Positions 1 through 13,200 of a stretch of DNA of 64,000 nt are shown piece after piece. The number at the start of each line of letters is the position of its first letter. Positions within the stretch are counted from its first letter, which is position 1. A program made the position numbers and the translations under genes. The notes beneath the pieces are model-generated. The model saw only the letters and a program-made list of their open reading frames with translations. It did not search any database and was not told the origin of the DNA. This DNA comes from Oikopleura dioica (taxonomy: Eukaryota; Animalia; Chordata), in the NCBI GenBank assembly GCA_907165135.1, contig OU015567.1, positions 186,001-250,000 of the forward strand. Reading direction: 5' to 3'.

Positions 1-1516
1 GAAGCAGAAGTAGAAAACACTGCAGCGGAAAATCAATCGACTGGTTTTGGAATTCAAATAGCTCAGCCGGATGAAGCGACTTTGGATAACGAAGAAACAG
101 AAGCACTTGAAGAAGAAAAAGAAGCACAAGGTGAAGAAAGAGAAGAGCCTGTTCCAGAGGTTACTCCTGATTTGTTTCCAGAAGGAGAGGCGGGTGAAGA
201 TAATGGGGAAGAAGTTTTGAATTTTGAAGGTAAGGAGAAAAGATTGTTATCTATTACGACTTTTATTGCTCGTTCAGGCGATACACCAATAGAAACTGAA
301 GAACTCGGAGAAAACCCCCGCATTCAACTCCCTGCCGAATCTCAAAATGATAAAGCTGAAGAAGAAGAACCGCAAATAACCGAACCAGAGCTTGAAATCC
401 CCGCAGAGACCACTCAAGGTACTCTCTGCTCCCCTGAGCTCAGCAACCCCATTTCTAGATCTCGAAGACGAAGAAGACGTCCTAGACAACGAGTACGAAG
501 AAGAAGCCGGAGAGGAAAATGACGCAGATGCTTACGATGAATACGAAGAATACGACAAATACGGCGAAAGCTACGATGAAGAATACGACGGAGAGTACGA
601 CGAAAGCGAGTATGACGAAAGTGAAAGGTAAAAAAAAATATTCGATTTGGAAAATGTTAAATTTAAGCAGCGATTTCTGGAAATTCAACGACAACGACAA
701 CGACGACTTGAGCGACAATTTGATCCAAGAAGAAGCCCGAAACGGCGATCTCTTCTCCGATCACGACGAAGAAATGGCGGAAGACAAGGCGAAATACAAT
801 TTTGCGTTTTTCATGATTTTGTTCGTCTTCGGCACGACAGGGGCCTATTACGTGTTCACCACTGCGAAGAACAAGTTCTTTCCGCAGAGCAACGTAAGTC
901 AATACCTCAAAAGCAAGAGATGGCGATATTGGGACAGAAGTCAGGTCCGTTTCCGTCTCGCAAGGGTGCAATTATTATTATTGGTGTTTTTCAAAAATTA
1001 TATTTCTTATTTTTCTTTTTAGAAACTATTCAAAAGGGTAAGAAAAAATGGCACAATCACTAGAATCATTTCTGTCAGAGTCCCTTCTAGATGAATTAGA
1101 TTCACTCATACCTTTACAGTCGTTACGCACAATTCCGTAACGCACAAACCGGAAAATGTATTCGTTAACCTGTGTAAAAAAACTGTGTAGAGAGAGCTTT
1201 TTGTAGCACGGCTTTGCAAAGATTCGACAATTTCTAAAAATAAAAATTCTTGCTTGGCGGCTTTGATATTCTAAATCCACTACGCGGCTCTTTCGAAACC
1301 TGAGTCAGGTTTTCTACGCAGCTTTCATTAGTTAGTTTAGAGCAAGAATCAACTTTGAAATCGCTTAGTTTTAACCTCAACCATTTTCAATAAAACCCTC
1401 ATCAATTTTGTTTCTAGCACGAGCAATCCTACAAGCTCCTCCCGAAAACCGACACGGACGTGAAACAATCGGCGTCTTCTGAAGACAAAGACGAGTGGAA
1501 CAACGACGACTGGTAA
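1..1516 (+). CDS. 3' part of an acidic, single-pass membrane protein (Glu/Asp-rich ectodomain, one TM helix, short tail with YKLL motif); loosely TGN38/KCT2-like
   Basis: Glu-rich frames are joined by short GT-AG introns (230-277, 419-458, ~628-670, 894-1417). TM segment YNFAFFMILFVFGTTGAYYVF. Last exon 1418-1516 reads HEQSYKLLPKTDTDVKQSASSEDKDEWNNDDW*. Confidence 0.7.
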
Positions 1517-2131
1517 AATGAATCCCCAGTTTAATTAAAATAAAAGCTATTTCGCCGATTTTCTGTCCTAAAATTATTTTTTCTGCAAAACGAACTCAAC
1601 AGCAAAAAAGTAGAAATTTCATTTTCCCGGCCACGCTGCAATTATTTCTGTATAATCTTCTTTTCGATTTATTAATAAAATATTTATACATATCGAATTT
1701 CGCGAAATTGCCACTTTTATTATTTTTTTCGTTAAGGATCATTCAGACCCTCACATGGGTTTTAAAGATAAAAACCGCAAATTAATGAAAAGACCATTTG
1801 TTTTATTTTGATCAATTAAAACAAACGATCAAAAGATTCTTTATTTGGAAAAACGATCTTCCAACTAATTGGCGCACTAATTGAACTGCGTCGACATTGT
1901 ATCTTTATTTCTTCGCTTTCTAACATTCCCATTGAAAGGTGAGCAGCAAGACGATGAACATGTAAGTCTTCACGTTAAGCTTGTCCAGTGGCTTCATAGA
2001 TCGCGAACTAAAAACCGAAAAATTGTCCTTCCCTCAGAACTTAAATTGGATGAAAATAGATGTATCGGGCTTGAAAATCTCAGTTTGTTTTTCCCCAAAA
2101 TAAAAATACTTCCGCTCCTGCAAATTGTTAA

Positions 2132-2469
2132 GAACCCCCCCCCCCCCACCGTTATCAATTTTCCTTAAAAAATCAAAAATTTCAAAAACGCCATATTTTG
2201 GCTTTTTAGAGTGCCTGGAAGCTCCATTCACCATAAAAAATTGCTCGGGCACTTTTTGACCACTAAAAATCTGAAATTTTAGCAAAATTGGGACTTTTTC
2301 GTTATTTTTCGTCAAAAAGTCCAATTTTTAAACCCGATTTTGAGGGTTTAGAGTCGAGATAGACCCCCGAAAATGAGGCCTCAAAATCGTTTTTTGACCT
2401 GAAGAATCCATTTCCGGGATCAAAATTTTTAAATTCAGAAAATCGATTTGTTGACGGGGGGGGGGGTCC
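2132..2469. mobile_element. MITE, GGACCCCC-TIR family, TTAA TSD (Kolobok-like termini)
   Basis: ttaa|gaaccccc...ggggtcc|ttaa. Internal sequence is shared with copies at 7700, 17429, 31533, 49065 and 57110. Confidence 0.85.
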
Positions 2470-3102
2470 TTAAAAAATTTTACTTTAAATTTAAAAATTT
2501 TTCAAGGACACAGACTTTGGAGCCTAACTCAGGCTTGCTCAGGTTGCTCAAATTGCTATTTTAATCTTTTTTTTTTTAATTTTTGCGAACTCGCGGCTTT
2601 GCTTTTGAGAAATCCGCTCCAGGGCTTTTTCTTCAAGCTCTTAAGAAAACCTGACTCAGGTTTTAAGACAGGTTCCCATGCCGAAATCCATGTTTTTTTC
2701 GGGTTGACCACGTTTAATTCTTCATTCACCCTTTTTTAACCAAGTTTCTCTAGGACATCTCGTTTATTTGTCAAAAAACATAGGCCCTTAACAAGGACAA
2801 TCAAGAAGATCTCCGAAAGAAACGTGATAAGAAAGGGCTAATAATTCAAAAGTAAAAAGATCTCACCAAAACGTGGCTCTTTGTTTGATTAATTGATAAA
2901 CTCGTATTTGGGGCCATCTATAAATTCATTTTTCCCCACCTTTGCGAATTAAATAGACTCCAGAGTTAACAAAAACAAATTCAATTAGCGCCTCTCCAAC
3001 GTGTCGTTTTAACAAGAATTAATTTTCGCTAAAAGATGGGTCAGTTTGTAAAAATATCGCAAAACGGCGGTTTTAGATCCCCCGTCAAAATTGAATGATT
3101 TT

Positions 3103-3356
3103 TGGGTGGCGGGCGACCAGGTTCACAATCGATTGGTTCACAATTTTGTGAAAAAATTTGGGTCAAAAAATTGGCTCAAATTGAATGAAGGCGCGGTTGC
3201 AGAGAAAGCTTATAACGTCAAAAATGAAATTTTCTATGAAATCAGGCGCGGAGCGCATATAGACCCCTGATTTCGTACTTTTAAAAATTTTGTGAGCCGG
3301 GTTCACACAAATTGTGAACCGGATTCACAATTGTGAACCTGGGCGCCATACACCCT
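3103..3356. mobile_element. MITE with GGTTCACAAT subterminal repeats
   Basis: gggtggcgggcgaccaggttcacaat ... attgtgaacctgggcgcccatacaccc inverted ends. A related end occurs at ~28630-28676. Confidence 0.65.
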
Positions 3357-3379
3357 GATTTTTTAAAATATTAATTTAA

Positions 3380-3646
3380 CCCTAGCCGGTCGAGGTACTC
3401 CAAATATGGAGCAGGTTTTTACTCATTTCCAAGTACCTCACAATATTCTACGTATAATTTCTAAGAAACTCATTCTGGAGCGATTTTTTCTATTGCATCT
3501 TGATAGGCAGGGTTTAATTTATTTCCCCAAGACCAAGTAATTTAACCTTTATCATTTGTATAGTCCTATTTGCAGGTAAATCTCTGGCGCCAAATATGGA
3601 GTATCTTGACCGGTACCCGAGAAAAATCATTTTTGGCGGGCTAGGG
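3380..3646. mobile_element. piggyBac-like MITE (CCCTAGCC TIR, TTAA TSD)
   Basis: ttaa|ccctagcc...ggctaggg|ttaa. A near-identical inverted copy lies at 38418-38635. Confidence 0.85.
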
Positions 3647-5899
3647 TTAAGAAAAAAGTATTTCTCAAGATTAACTAAGAAATGATTTCAAGGGTTCGAA
3701 AATGCAATTGAAGTGCTTCTTCGCTTGAATTCTGAATTTATAACATCTGCGCTGAGGAATCGAGAGCTTATGTTATCTTCAGGGGTTTTGAGAAAATTGG
3801 AGATGTTAACATAATTTTGGGACCTCAAAAACTCTTTCGCCGCTACTTTTGGATTACAAGGATCTCGCCTGTTTAGTTCCCTCAAGACGAAGAAAAGTTT
3901 TTGTCTTTTTCCCTTGAGATCTTTTTTCAGAAGTTTTCTGCATAAAGTGTGAATAACAGCCGCCCTCCAAAATCTCGAGAAAAAATATTTCTCCCAATTA
4001 TTTTTTGTCTTAAAAAAACTCTTGGCCGTCTATTTTGCATAATAAAAAGGTCAGAAAAACGTGAATCCTTCGTAAAAATTAACACCATTCATAAACAAAA
4101 AATAATCATCCGCGGCGCTGCTTCTCTAGACCCCGATTAAAATCTAATTGACGAGAGATCTGATTTGATTGAGCGCGTTTTGGGAGATTCCAATTTGAAA
4201 CACTTTATCGCTTTTTTCGTAACTGATTATCAAGCATTTCAATTTCAAAAAAAAAAAAGAAAAATATTTTTGGAAATTTGAATTCAAAGTCAGGATTTGT
4301 AAATTGAGATTAGTTCAATCAAAATTCGATCTCTTCAAGAGTTGCTCTAGAAAACCAGCAGATCATCAAAAGTAGCGCTAATCAAATCGATTGACACTTG
4401 TCAACCATGTGCCAGAGTACTAAGTCTAGGCTTATCAATAGACATGTAAATCTAAAATTCAATTTGTCGAAAAATTATCATTATTATAAAAAGCATCTTT
4501 CAAGCGAGGATTTTTCGAAATAAGTAATTATGAAAAGCGAAGGTTAATAAGAATTGATAAAAGAGTTTTTTCTGATCAAAATTCTTTAGAAAAAGACTCA
4601 GATTTTCTACAGAAGTTGCCGAAACCAAATCGAACTTATGGAACCCGCACGTGAGAAGACAAACTAGATATTTATAACTAAAGAAACGGAGTCGAATGTT
4701 ACCTTGACCACGAGACATCAAATAATTCCAACTCGATTTTAAACAAGAAAAAGTCAAAATGGCATATTTATGGGTGTCAACAACGATTCTGGCCATATTT
4801 GTAACAATAGCTTAAGTGACTTCACTATTCATTTTTGAATTTTTTCTTTACTCATATCTAAGATTGAACCCTTTTCTACAAAGTAAATTTGAGGGATTTT
4901 CGAAAACAGTATTGAATGCATCTTTTTTCATGCATTGTTATGTGTAACAATTTTTTCAAAGTTTGAACTCAATTTAAGTATTGTTCCTGTGCATCGATTT
5001 GTTTCTTTTTAGTAGTAAAATAGTTTGATCCTATGACAATATCCAGGAGGGCTAAGATCAGAAAATATATCGATTGCTATATAGAATGTAAATTTTAAAA
5101 ATAGCATTCATCACAGTGCATTTCTAGAACATCAATGCATTAGCACGCCCATAGAATCGATCATATGATATGACTCATATCTCGAGAACTAGATGAGATA
5201 TTGAAGATCTGAAAAAAGCTTTGGAATCAGCGTCTAATATGCAACAAATAAAGGTTCGGTCAGCCAATCAGACATGACTTGAACTGGTCGTTGTTCACAC
5301 CCTTAATGATAAAAACAAATTTAATAAAGAATATTTTCCTTTTGTTCTGAGCAAGGCAACCTGTGTAGAAAAATTGAAGAAAATTTTACTTTTTATAAGA
5401 AATCGCCTTGCATAAACGCTCTTAGAACCCTGAGACAGGGTCTCTTTTCGTAAGTCGTTTTTTCCAATCGCGTTTTGTCTATAAGTCGAGATCACTATCA
5501 AGAATTTACCAACAACCTCGGAAGCACGTAAATTATCAAAATTAATTGCTCCATAAATAAAATTCGCGCAAATAAGCCAATTAATGGTTCTCGAAAATCA
5601 TGATTTCGCGGTGTCAAGCAATTATCAAAAGCGGCTTATTGTTCTATTGATTGCAAAGTCACTAATTTTCTTCTCGCTTCGCTATATTCCAAATTGCGAT
5701 AGGTGGCGCTCTTATCGCGCGCCTTATCGCGATAAAAACGCAAATTTCTTTTGAAAAAAACAAGTCATAATCAAAAATTACTTTTCGAAAAAAAAGGAAA
5801 GTCTAGACACGATTCCTCAAGAAAAAAAGAGTTATTGGTTAATTTTTATTTCGAAAACAAAAGATAGCCAATTTTTGACGACAACTGAAAAAAGAGAGG

Positions 5900-8367
5900 A
5901 TGAAGATCTTTGGGCAAATTTTGGCGGCTTCCGTTTCGGCTAGAATCAGTATTAGCGGTATGTTAGTTTTATTATCTTCTATCGCGATTTAAAAACTAAA
6001 GATTGATGATTAATAAAAAAAATCAAATACTCAAAACTTATACTCAAATTTCGTAATTTTAGTCGGGTCAAATAACGAAGTCAATTATTCCGGCGGCCCA
6101 GTCCTCGAGCGACCAGCGGTTCAGCCGACGCGTCGACCAGCCGCTCCGAGCAGCTCCGACAGAGACCGATTCATGCTCGTTTCTGGGCCAGAATCGGAAA
6201 ATGGCGAGTCAAATCGGTTAACCGGCGAGTCCGGCTGCTGCGAAAAAATCATCATCCACGATCTAATGAACGGCCAAAGGGTTTTCGAAAAAAGTCCGTT
6301 CGAAGAAACCTGGCTCGATCGAGGCGGCGACGCGATTTTTTTCAACCCTCAATTTCAGATCTGGCAGTTGGTCCCTCAATCTGATCCTTCTTCGCTCGGA
6401 ACAGGTAGATTTAAAAAATGGCTTTAAGGACCCCCCCATCAAGATGAAAAAAGTCAAAATTTTCAAAATTTTTTTGCTTTTTTGGGTAGTTTAGACCACG
6501 AGGAACAACTTTTATTCAGAAAATTTTTTTGATTTTACAGAAAATTTTGACAGAAATGGACTTCAAAAATTGAAAATTAACATTTAACATTTCATAAAAA
6601 TCTTTAGTTCGCTATTTTTTAATGGTAATTAAGGGTATACTAACCATAAAAACTATTTCTATCATAAACACGAGTATAAAAACGTAATTCAGGGCAATTT
6701 AGGCAATAATTACTGAAAATTTAAATCTGGAAATTCGACTAAGATTCGACTTATAAAATTTTAAAGGGGCTGTACTTCTTAAGTTCGTAGACAAAAAACT
6801 CTAAAAAAGCAAACGGTCGTAGCTAAGGGCCTTAACTTTACCATGAAAAAAAATTAAGGGTATACCCCAACGAAAACCCCAAAAAAAACGTTCACTAAGC
6901 AACTTTACCTTTAACGGCCTGTATCACCTTAAATTTGGCATAGAGATCATCTTAAGGGGAACGGTTGCAGTAGAAGGTTCGATCTGAAGGATGCAATTAA
7001 AATTAAGGGTCTAGCTAAGATAGTTTTGGAGAAAAACTTTCACTAAGATGCCCAATTTTCGCGATTCTTGATGGGGGTCCTTAAATCCTGGCTTCTTTAA
7101 TTGCACCCTGAATTATTTTTCAATTGCTTAAATTACTCTGCAGCATTTACATCCAATCCGGCCTCCCTCGCCCCCGGCTGCCCCGACCACTTTCCCTGGC
7201 TGGTCTCAAACGACCATCGCTGGTCGACAGTCAAGAAATACGCCCAGTGCGTCGAAGATACAACCAACGAGGACAAGCTAGCTTACGATCTCTCCGAGCG
7301 AGTCTGTCAAATAATGCAAACGGCTGTTCCTTCGCTTAGAGCGAGGAAAATCGCCACGCTTTGCCAAAGAGCTAAATCCATCGCGGAGGTGAGTTTCATT
7401 TTTAAATTCTAAGCAAGCCAATTAAATGAACTCTGCTCAATTTGTTTTTCGCAAAACTGCGCGTTCAAACGTTTTTTTTTTGCGATATTTGATGATGATT
7501 GAATTAGGCAGCAATTCCCCAGTTTCCGTCAGTGTTTTTTGAAAATTCAGCTTGTTTACATAATTCTAGCGCGTCATTAAACAGCGATCCTGCGCCGCCG
7601 CACTTCTGACCAGAGTAGACTCGAATTTGGTTCTTTCGCTCGAAACTCTTCGTGAATGGAGGTAACTTCAGGACCTTCTCTCTCTTGTCATTTTGCAATT
7701 TTCAAACACGATTTTGGGGGTGTTAGAGTCGAGATAGACCCCAAAAGAGTGAGGCCTCGAAATCGTTACTCGACCCCCCCCCCCCCCGTAGAATCCATTT
7801 CTGGGGTCAAAATTCTGAAATTCAGAAAATAAATTTTTCGAAAATTGTTAACGGGGGAGGGGGTCCTTAAGTAGTGAGCGAGCAATTTTTCTTTATATTT
7901 CCTTAAATAACTTTCTAGCTATAGTATCGAGTCGATACAATCGACAAAAAAATTTTTTGAAAATCTTAAGGTTATCAATTCAAAATATTGAAAAATAACA
8001 AAAGCAAGTCGATTTGGTTATGTCTCCATTTTACGGTTTATTTCTAAAAAGCGATAACCAATTAGTCGGGTTATTTGGCCAACTTGTTCTTTTACAAAAT
8101 AGTATTTATATTCAAATAGGCGCTGCTTCATAACCCACGTGAATCCACGTTTATTTTTGATTGCAATTTGAAAAGTTATTTTCAATTTTGTTATTACAAA
8201 TTTCTAGAGACAAAATGATGGCGATCAACGCGCAGCGAAACGAGGATTGCGAGAACAACGAAGATTTGGACGGAACGATCGGCCGTTTTTACAGCTCCAT
8301 GACAAGGAAAATCACAAAGGCGCAAAGAAAGCCGAGAAAATCGAAATCGAAAGGAAAGAAAAACTGA
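5900..8367 (+). CDS. Secreted Cys-containing protein of unknown function, 5 exons
   Basis: Signal-like MKIFGQILAASVSA. Exons ~5900-5958, 6063-6403, 7144-7388, 7570-7661 and 8208-8367 join in frame via GT-AG introns (…KSIAE|RVIKQRSC…LREWR|DKMMAIN…KGKKN*). Confidence 0.7.
6428..7080. mobile_element. Kolobok-like MITE (GGACCCCCATCAAGA TIR, TTAA TSD) in an intron
   Basis: ttaa|ggacccccccatcaaga...tcttgatgggggtcc|ttaa. The paralogous empty site gct-ttaa-atc is at 30516. A diverged inverted relative lies at ~54480-55080. Confidence 0.9.
7700..7866. mobile_element. Truncated GGACCCCC-family MITE
   Basis: Matches the right half of 2132-2469 and ends ggggtcc|ttaa. Confidence 0.7.
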
Positions 8368-9494
8368 AAGCTTCAAAAAACATCAATTGACGATTTTTTC
8401 TTCAAAAAATATTTGAAAAGCGATAACTAAACTTAAATAATTTTTGAATCAAAAGATGTTATTTTTTGCTTGAAAATTTTGTATATTTTTAAAATTAACT
8501 TTTTATTTGACGCTATTGATTTAACCTTACTGTACAAAACTCTCATATTTACTGTGAAAGGGATATCTCAATAAAGGAATAATAAAATTTACAAAATAAT
8601 GGTTTTGAAGGAGAAAATCATTTTTAGAGACTCTAGAAATTGCACTCAGTGCATCCGCTCATGCTTTTCTGTCCATTTCTCTCTCAAATTTCGCCCGAAT
8701 TTTCATTGAAAAGTTTTCAAGTTTGAAGAAAACCTTCAAGACCTCAGCAACGAAGCTTTAACTAAATCATATGTTAATTTCAGTAACTGCTACTTAATTT
8801 TATTTAAATGATGTACATAACACTTGAACATAAACTGCAAAACAAGAGCTAGATGAATTTAAAAACAATAAATTTATTGAAAATTAATTGAAGATGAATC
8901 GCTTAAAAAGCTTGCTAAAACATGTTTTTCAGTAGTTTATTTGAATTATCTACAGAAGAAATGTTATTTTCGGAGAGTTTGTACTGGTATTTACATTTTT
9001 TTGCAATTTGTTTGGTATGTTTCACCTCTGCCCTCTGCGCAGAACTCCTTCGCCGGCGGATACTGATCGCTCAAATCTATGCGTGCTTTTCTGTCAACAC
9101 AGAACGGCCATAAGGCCTTCAGCCAGGGCTTGCCGAGAGACGCTGCGCAGTAGTTGATCAAAAAATACGGTCTTAGGGAACTCTGGCGTCGGCCAATTTA
9201 TCAAAACGCAAAGCTGCGAATTCACTTTAATCATTTTTTGGTTTTCCCTTTTATCTTTTTAAAAAGAACCACTGATCTGTCGACCGCACCTGTTGTTTTT
9301 ATCAGAATAATGCAAAAGGCTCATAAATTCGTCGTTTGCACATGGTTATCACGATTAATTAGCCTATATAATTGAGTTTTGCGCTTCTTTAAATTTTAAA
9401 TTAATTAATTTGTTTATTTTAAATGAGAGTTTCCAACCTTTTACTTGGAGCTCTTTACCATTCAGTAAGTACAGTTGTATGAGGAGTTTCTTAA

Positions 9495-10015
9495 ATTTTT
9501 CAAAAAAAAATTTTCCTTTCTTAACGAAAATAGGTCTAAAAATGTTCAAATTATGTGAGCGACTTAAATTAAAATTTTTTTTCGGAAAACGCTCGAAATA
9601 TGCTTCTAAAGTGGACCTATCTCTTGACAAAATTGTGAGGAAACCCTTAAATTTTTTTCGAAATTAAATTTATTGTGAAGATAGTTCAGACCCTTAGGCA
9701 AGTGGGCAAAATAGTTTTAGAAAGGTCCCTTTACATTTTGAGGTCGCAGAAGCTGATTTAAAAAGTGTTGTTTTCATCAAAATCGTCATTTTTTAGTCAA
9801 TTTGAGCTTTAATTTTTGAAAAACTCATAAGTATTCTCAATAATTGCCTTTTTATTAGTAAAATCTTTTATTTTAACAATATCTCGTAGCAAAAATCATG
9901 TAAATATCGGTTTTAGTACAGAAAATCAAATTTAAAAAATTCGAAAATTCTTTGAAAAAATGAATATAAATGCCGGAAAACAAAAATAGCATGAAAATTC
10001 TCGACCACCAACCCC
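9495..10015. mobile_element. Truncated inverted copy of the 39293-39952 TTAA MITE
   Basis: Reverse-complement similarity to ~39430-39890. Ends ctcgaccaccaacccc|ttaa. Confidence 0.75.
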
Positions 10016-10269
10016 TTAAAAAGATAAGAGTCCGAATTTCTAACAATAGGTGTGTGCGGGGACAGACTGAAATTGATCAACTCAGAGTTTCAAGCATTTG
10101 TCAAGCCCCTTAAATTCAAAAAATCAAGGAGCGGGGCTGAGACTTTATTTATTTTTAAATAATTATTTTGGTCGAAATGCATTTTAAAATGAAATATATC
10201 GTTTTTGGACAAATAATATTTTATATTTAATATCACATTCGTGATATATAATTATATTTAAGCATAAAG

Positions 10270-13200
10270 ATGTTAAAGCTGACGTGGTCTTCACGGGTTG
10301 TCAAGCTGATGTAATTAGGAGCCAACCAGGATGGGAAAATGTGAAGCTGGATACTGACGGAAGCGAATGCATTGCTGATCAGGCCCGAGGCGTGTCTATT
10401 TTCTCTAATTGGCACGATTATCGTAACGAAACGACAGGGAAATGGATGATTCCCTTCTACATCGAGGAAGAACATTACAATTCCGATGAAATTGAAAAGA
10501 TACGATCACATGCTCGTCAGTTCGAAAAGAATACTTGCATTCAGATGAAAGAACTCATTACTGCGGAGGATTTCGATTACTTCACAAACAGAATCAAAGT
10601 CTTTTCAAATCCAGCGGAATATAATTGCGCAAGCAAAATCGGTAAAATTGGAGGAACTCAGCCACTCTGGTTGCAACCAGATTGCATTAACGAAAAAGGG
10701 TACTCGGAGACAACCACAAACCACGAGTTTATGCACGCTTTGGGTTTCAAACATGAGCATAGCCGTCCGGATCGGGATGATTATGTTTACATTCATCCTG
10801 CAGTTATTGAAAAGGGTTAGAATTCCTATTAGTTACACCAAAATTTTTCATTTCTTCTTCATAAGTTTTCACTTTATCTGCGAGATCTTTCGAACTGAAA
10901 GCTAGGTTTCAAATCAAAAAAATGTATTAATACAGAGATGATACTTTTAAGACGCATCAGGTGCGAATAAGAAAATTCGACTGGAAAAAAATTGAGTGAC
11001 TGTTTAAAATTTCAGAAAACACTGACAAGAAATCCGATTTTTGCTTCCTTCCCCCTTAAAATATGAAAGAAGTTCTGAAATATTGAGGCCGGAAATAAGG
11101 TAAAAAATAAAAATAATGTTGGAGATATCGGAGAGTCAGAACGACCTTAAAATTTTTTTTGAAAATTTTGATAAAAAGTACTATTTTCGGCCCTCCGAAG
11201 GTACTTAAAAAACAAAATTTTGAGCCACCCTAATCATATGCCAGAAATCATATCCGATCACTCAAAGTTTGAAAGTAAACAGGTGTATTTTTTGAAAATC
11301 TTTTTCGAATTCACTCTTTCGTCTGAATGCGATCAGTTGATAAATTTAAAAGCAGTGCATTAACAATAGATAAAGTTTTTTTTTACCTGAAAACCTAACC
11401 CTGAGGTAGATAACGGCAATTATGCAAAAATGTTAACTTCTATCTGGACAAATACAAGCTCTCCTTACGATTTTAAGTCGATCATGCATTACGAGCCGGG
11501 CATGGTTAGTGATGGAAAATGGACAATTGGACTCCCCCCAGGCAAGAGTTCAAATATTTCTTAAAGTTTTTTCGCTCTATGATTGGAAACTCAGTTATCA
11601 GTATTTTTAATATATTATAAAGTATCTCGTTTATTGCAGAAACTTTTCGCCTTTTGGCATCATCAGTGCTTTAGAGACGCAAAGTTGTATCTCAGATACT
11701 CGAGATAATGTTTTAAATACTCGTCAATTTTGCGATATATTATAAAGTTCTTTAATGTCAGGAGCTCAAATGATAATGAACTCTTTCAAAGATGGCCAAG
11801 AGCGTGCTCCAGTTGAGCATGTTTATCCTTTTTCAGAGCAGGATATATATCAGATGATGATTTTCTATCCATGCGACGATGCTAATCGCTGTGATCCCAA
11901 TCCTTGTGGAGATGGGCAAACTTGCGTTCTCGACGCAACCAATCAGCCGATTTGCGAATGTCCGGAAGGATCGCTGCTGAATTCGGCCGGAACATGCCAA
12001 GTTGTGGCTTCAATGGCCGTCGATGATTTTTCAGATCTTGTGAATTACAAATTCATAAGACTTCGCCGTAGCCCCTCAGTCTCTCTTTACGACAACAACG
12101 GTCTTGTGATTGACCTTGCGAGTGCCGACGCAAGTGAAATCACAGTTCTTGCAGAAGTAGAAGAATGTGGAGAATCATTAACAGTTGATGAATGCCCTTT
12201 AGAAAAAAATTCCGCAATATTAAACGGAGAATCTGCGACGCTGAGCTCTCTGATATTTCTCAAGTCTGTCAATCAGCGACTCAGATTTTCTCTCCGAAAA
12301 AATGGAGTCAATTTCCTACCGGACATCTGGAGCATTTCCGGCGAGTTTGTGATTAAAGATGGACTGGAAGCAGCGCCGTGGAATATCACATGGACAGGCG
12401 ATCATTCAACGAAGTATTTTGGCGCGCCTCTAGAAATAACAGCATCTTTTACTTCTTACAGCGGAGAATCAATTGACTTAGGTCCAGGCGAAAGAGATAT
12501 ACAAGCGTGTCTTTGGCTCAATGAAGCTGGAACAAATGGATTAGTCATGGGCTCGGCAAACATATAAATAGCGCTAAATTTTCGTTAAGAATTTTTTTGC
12601 GTAATTTATTTAAAATGCCCAAAATTTTCCGTCTATTCGAGTCGTTATGATGAATTGACGAAGAGTTGATTCTGCTGTTCGTGGCGTATTGATTATTTTA
12701 ATTTGTTAAATCTGCTCTTAACCGCATATGATATGCGGCATATCGAATTTTGCGTAGGTCAAGCCTTTTAAGGCTGTTTTGGTTAAAATAAAATTTTGAG
12801 AAGCACACGATTGGAATTCTTCCAACTTCGAAAGATTCGAACCCGAACGATCCGGAAATAAAGAATATACGTTATTTATGTCCTTCTTCATGTCAATGGT
12901 CAATTTTTAAGAATTCTTAATTTATTCAAAGAATTGATTTTTGATGGAGCTGCCCGAAGCTAGATATGGGGGCAAACGTTAATGCCTCCCGAAAATTTTG
13001 CGCACGGCGCCCCGAACTCGGGGCAGAGCCCCTTTATCCTTGATTTTGTCCCATTTTTGTAGACAAAGAATTTCGACAACCCGACTTTATTGGGATCAAA
13101 TTTTACGTGCAAAATGATTTAACGTAGAAAAAAAAATTTTAAGGAAATTTTTGATTCTAGTATTGAGAAGAAAAGTCAACTTGGGCAAAAATACGTACAA

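Noticed and set aside
82-522. Arg-rich protamine-like C-terminus in the ORF track
   Set aside because: Artefact of reading through the 40-nt intron 419-458. The spliced frame is acidic.
1860-4800. Short ORFs (1881, 3688, 4500 etc.) as a gene
   Set aside because: Coding-like patches are present, but no consistent exon chain or recognisable domain could be built.
10815-11402. Second introner candidate (agggttag...ctaaccct at intron ends)
   Set aside because: Only an 8-bp inverted match with no TSD. The intron is a normal GT-AG.
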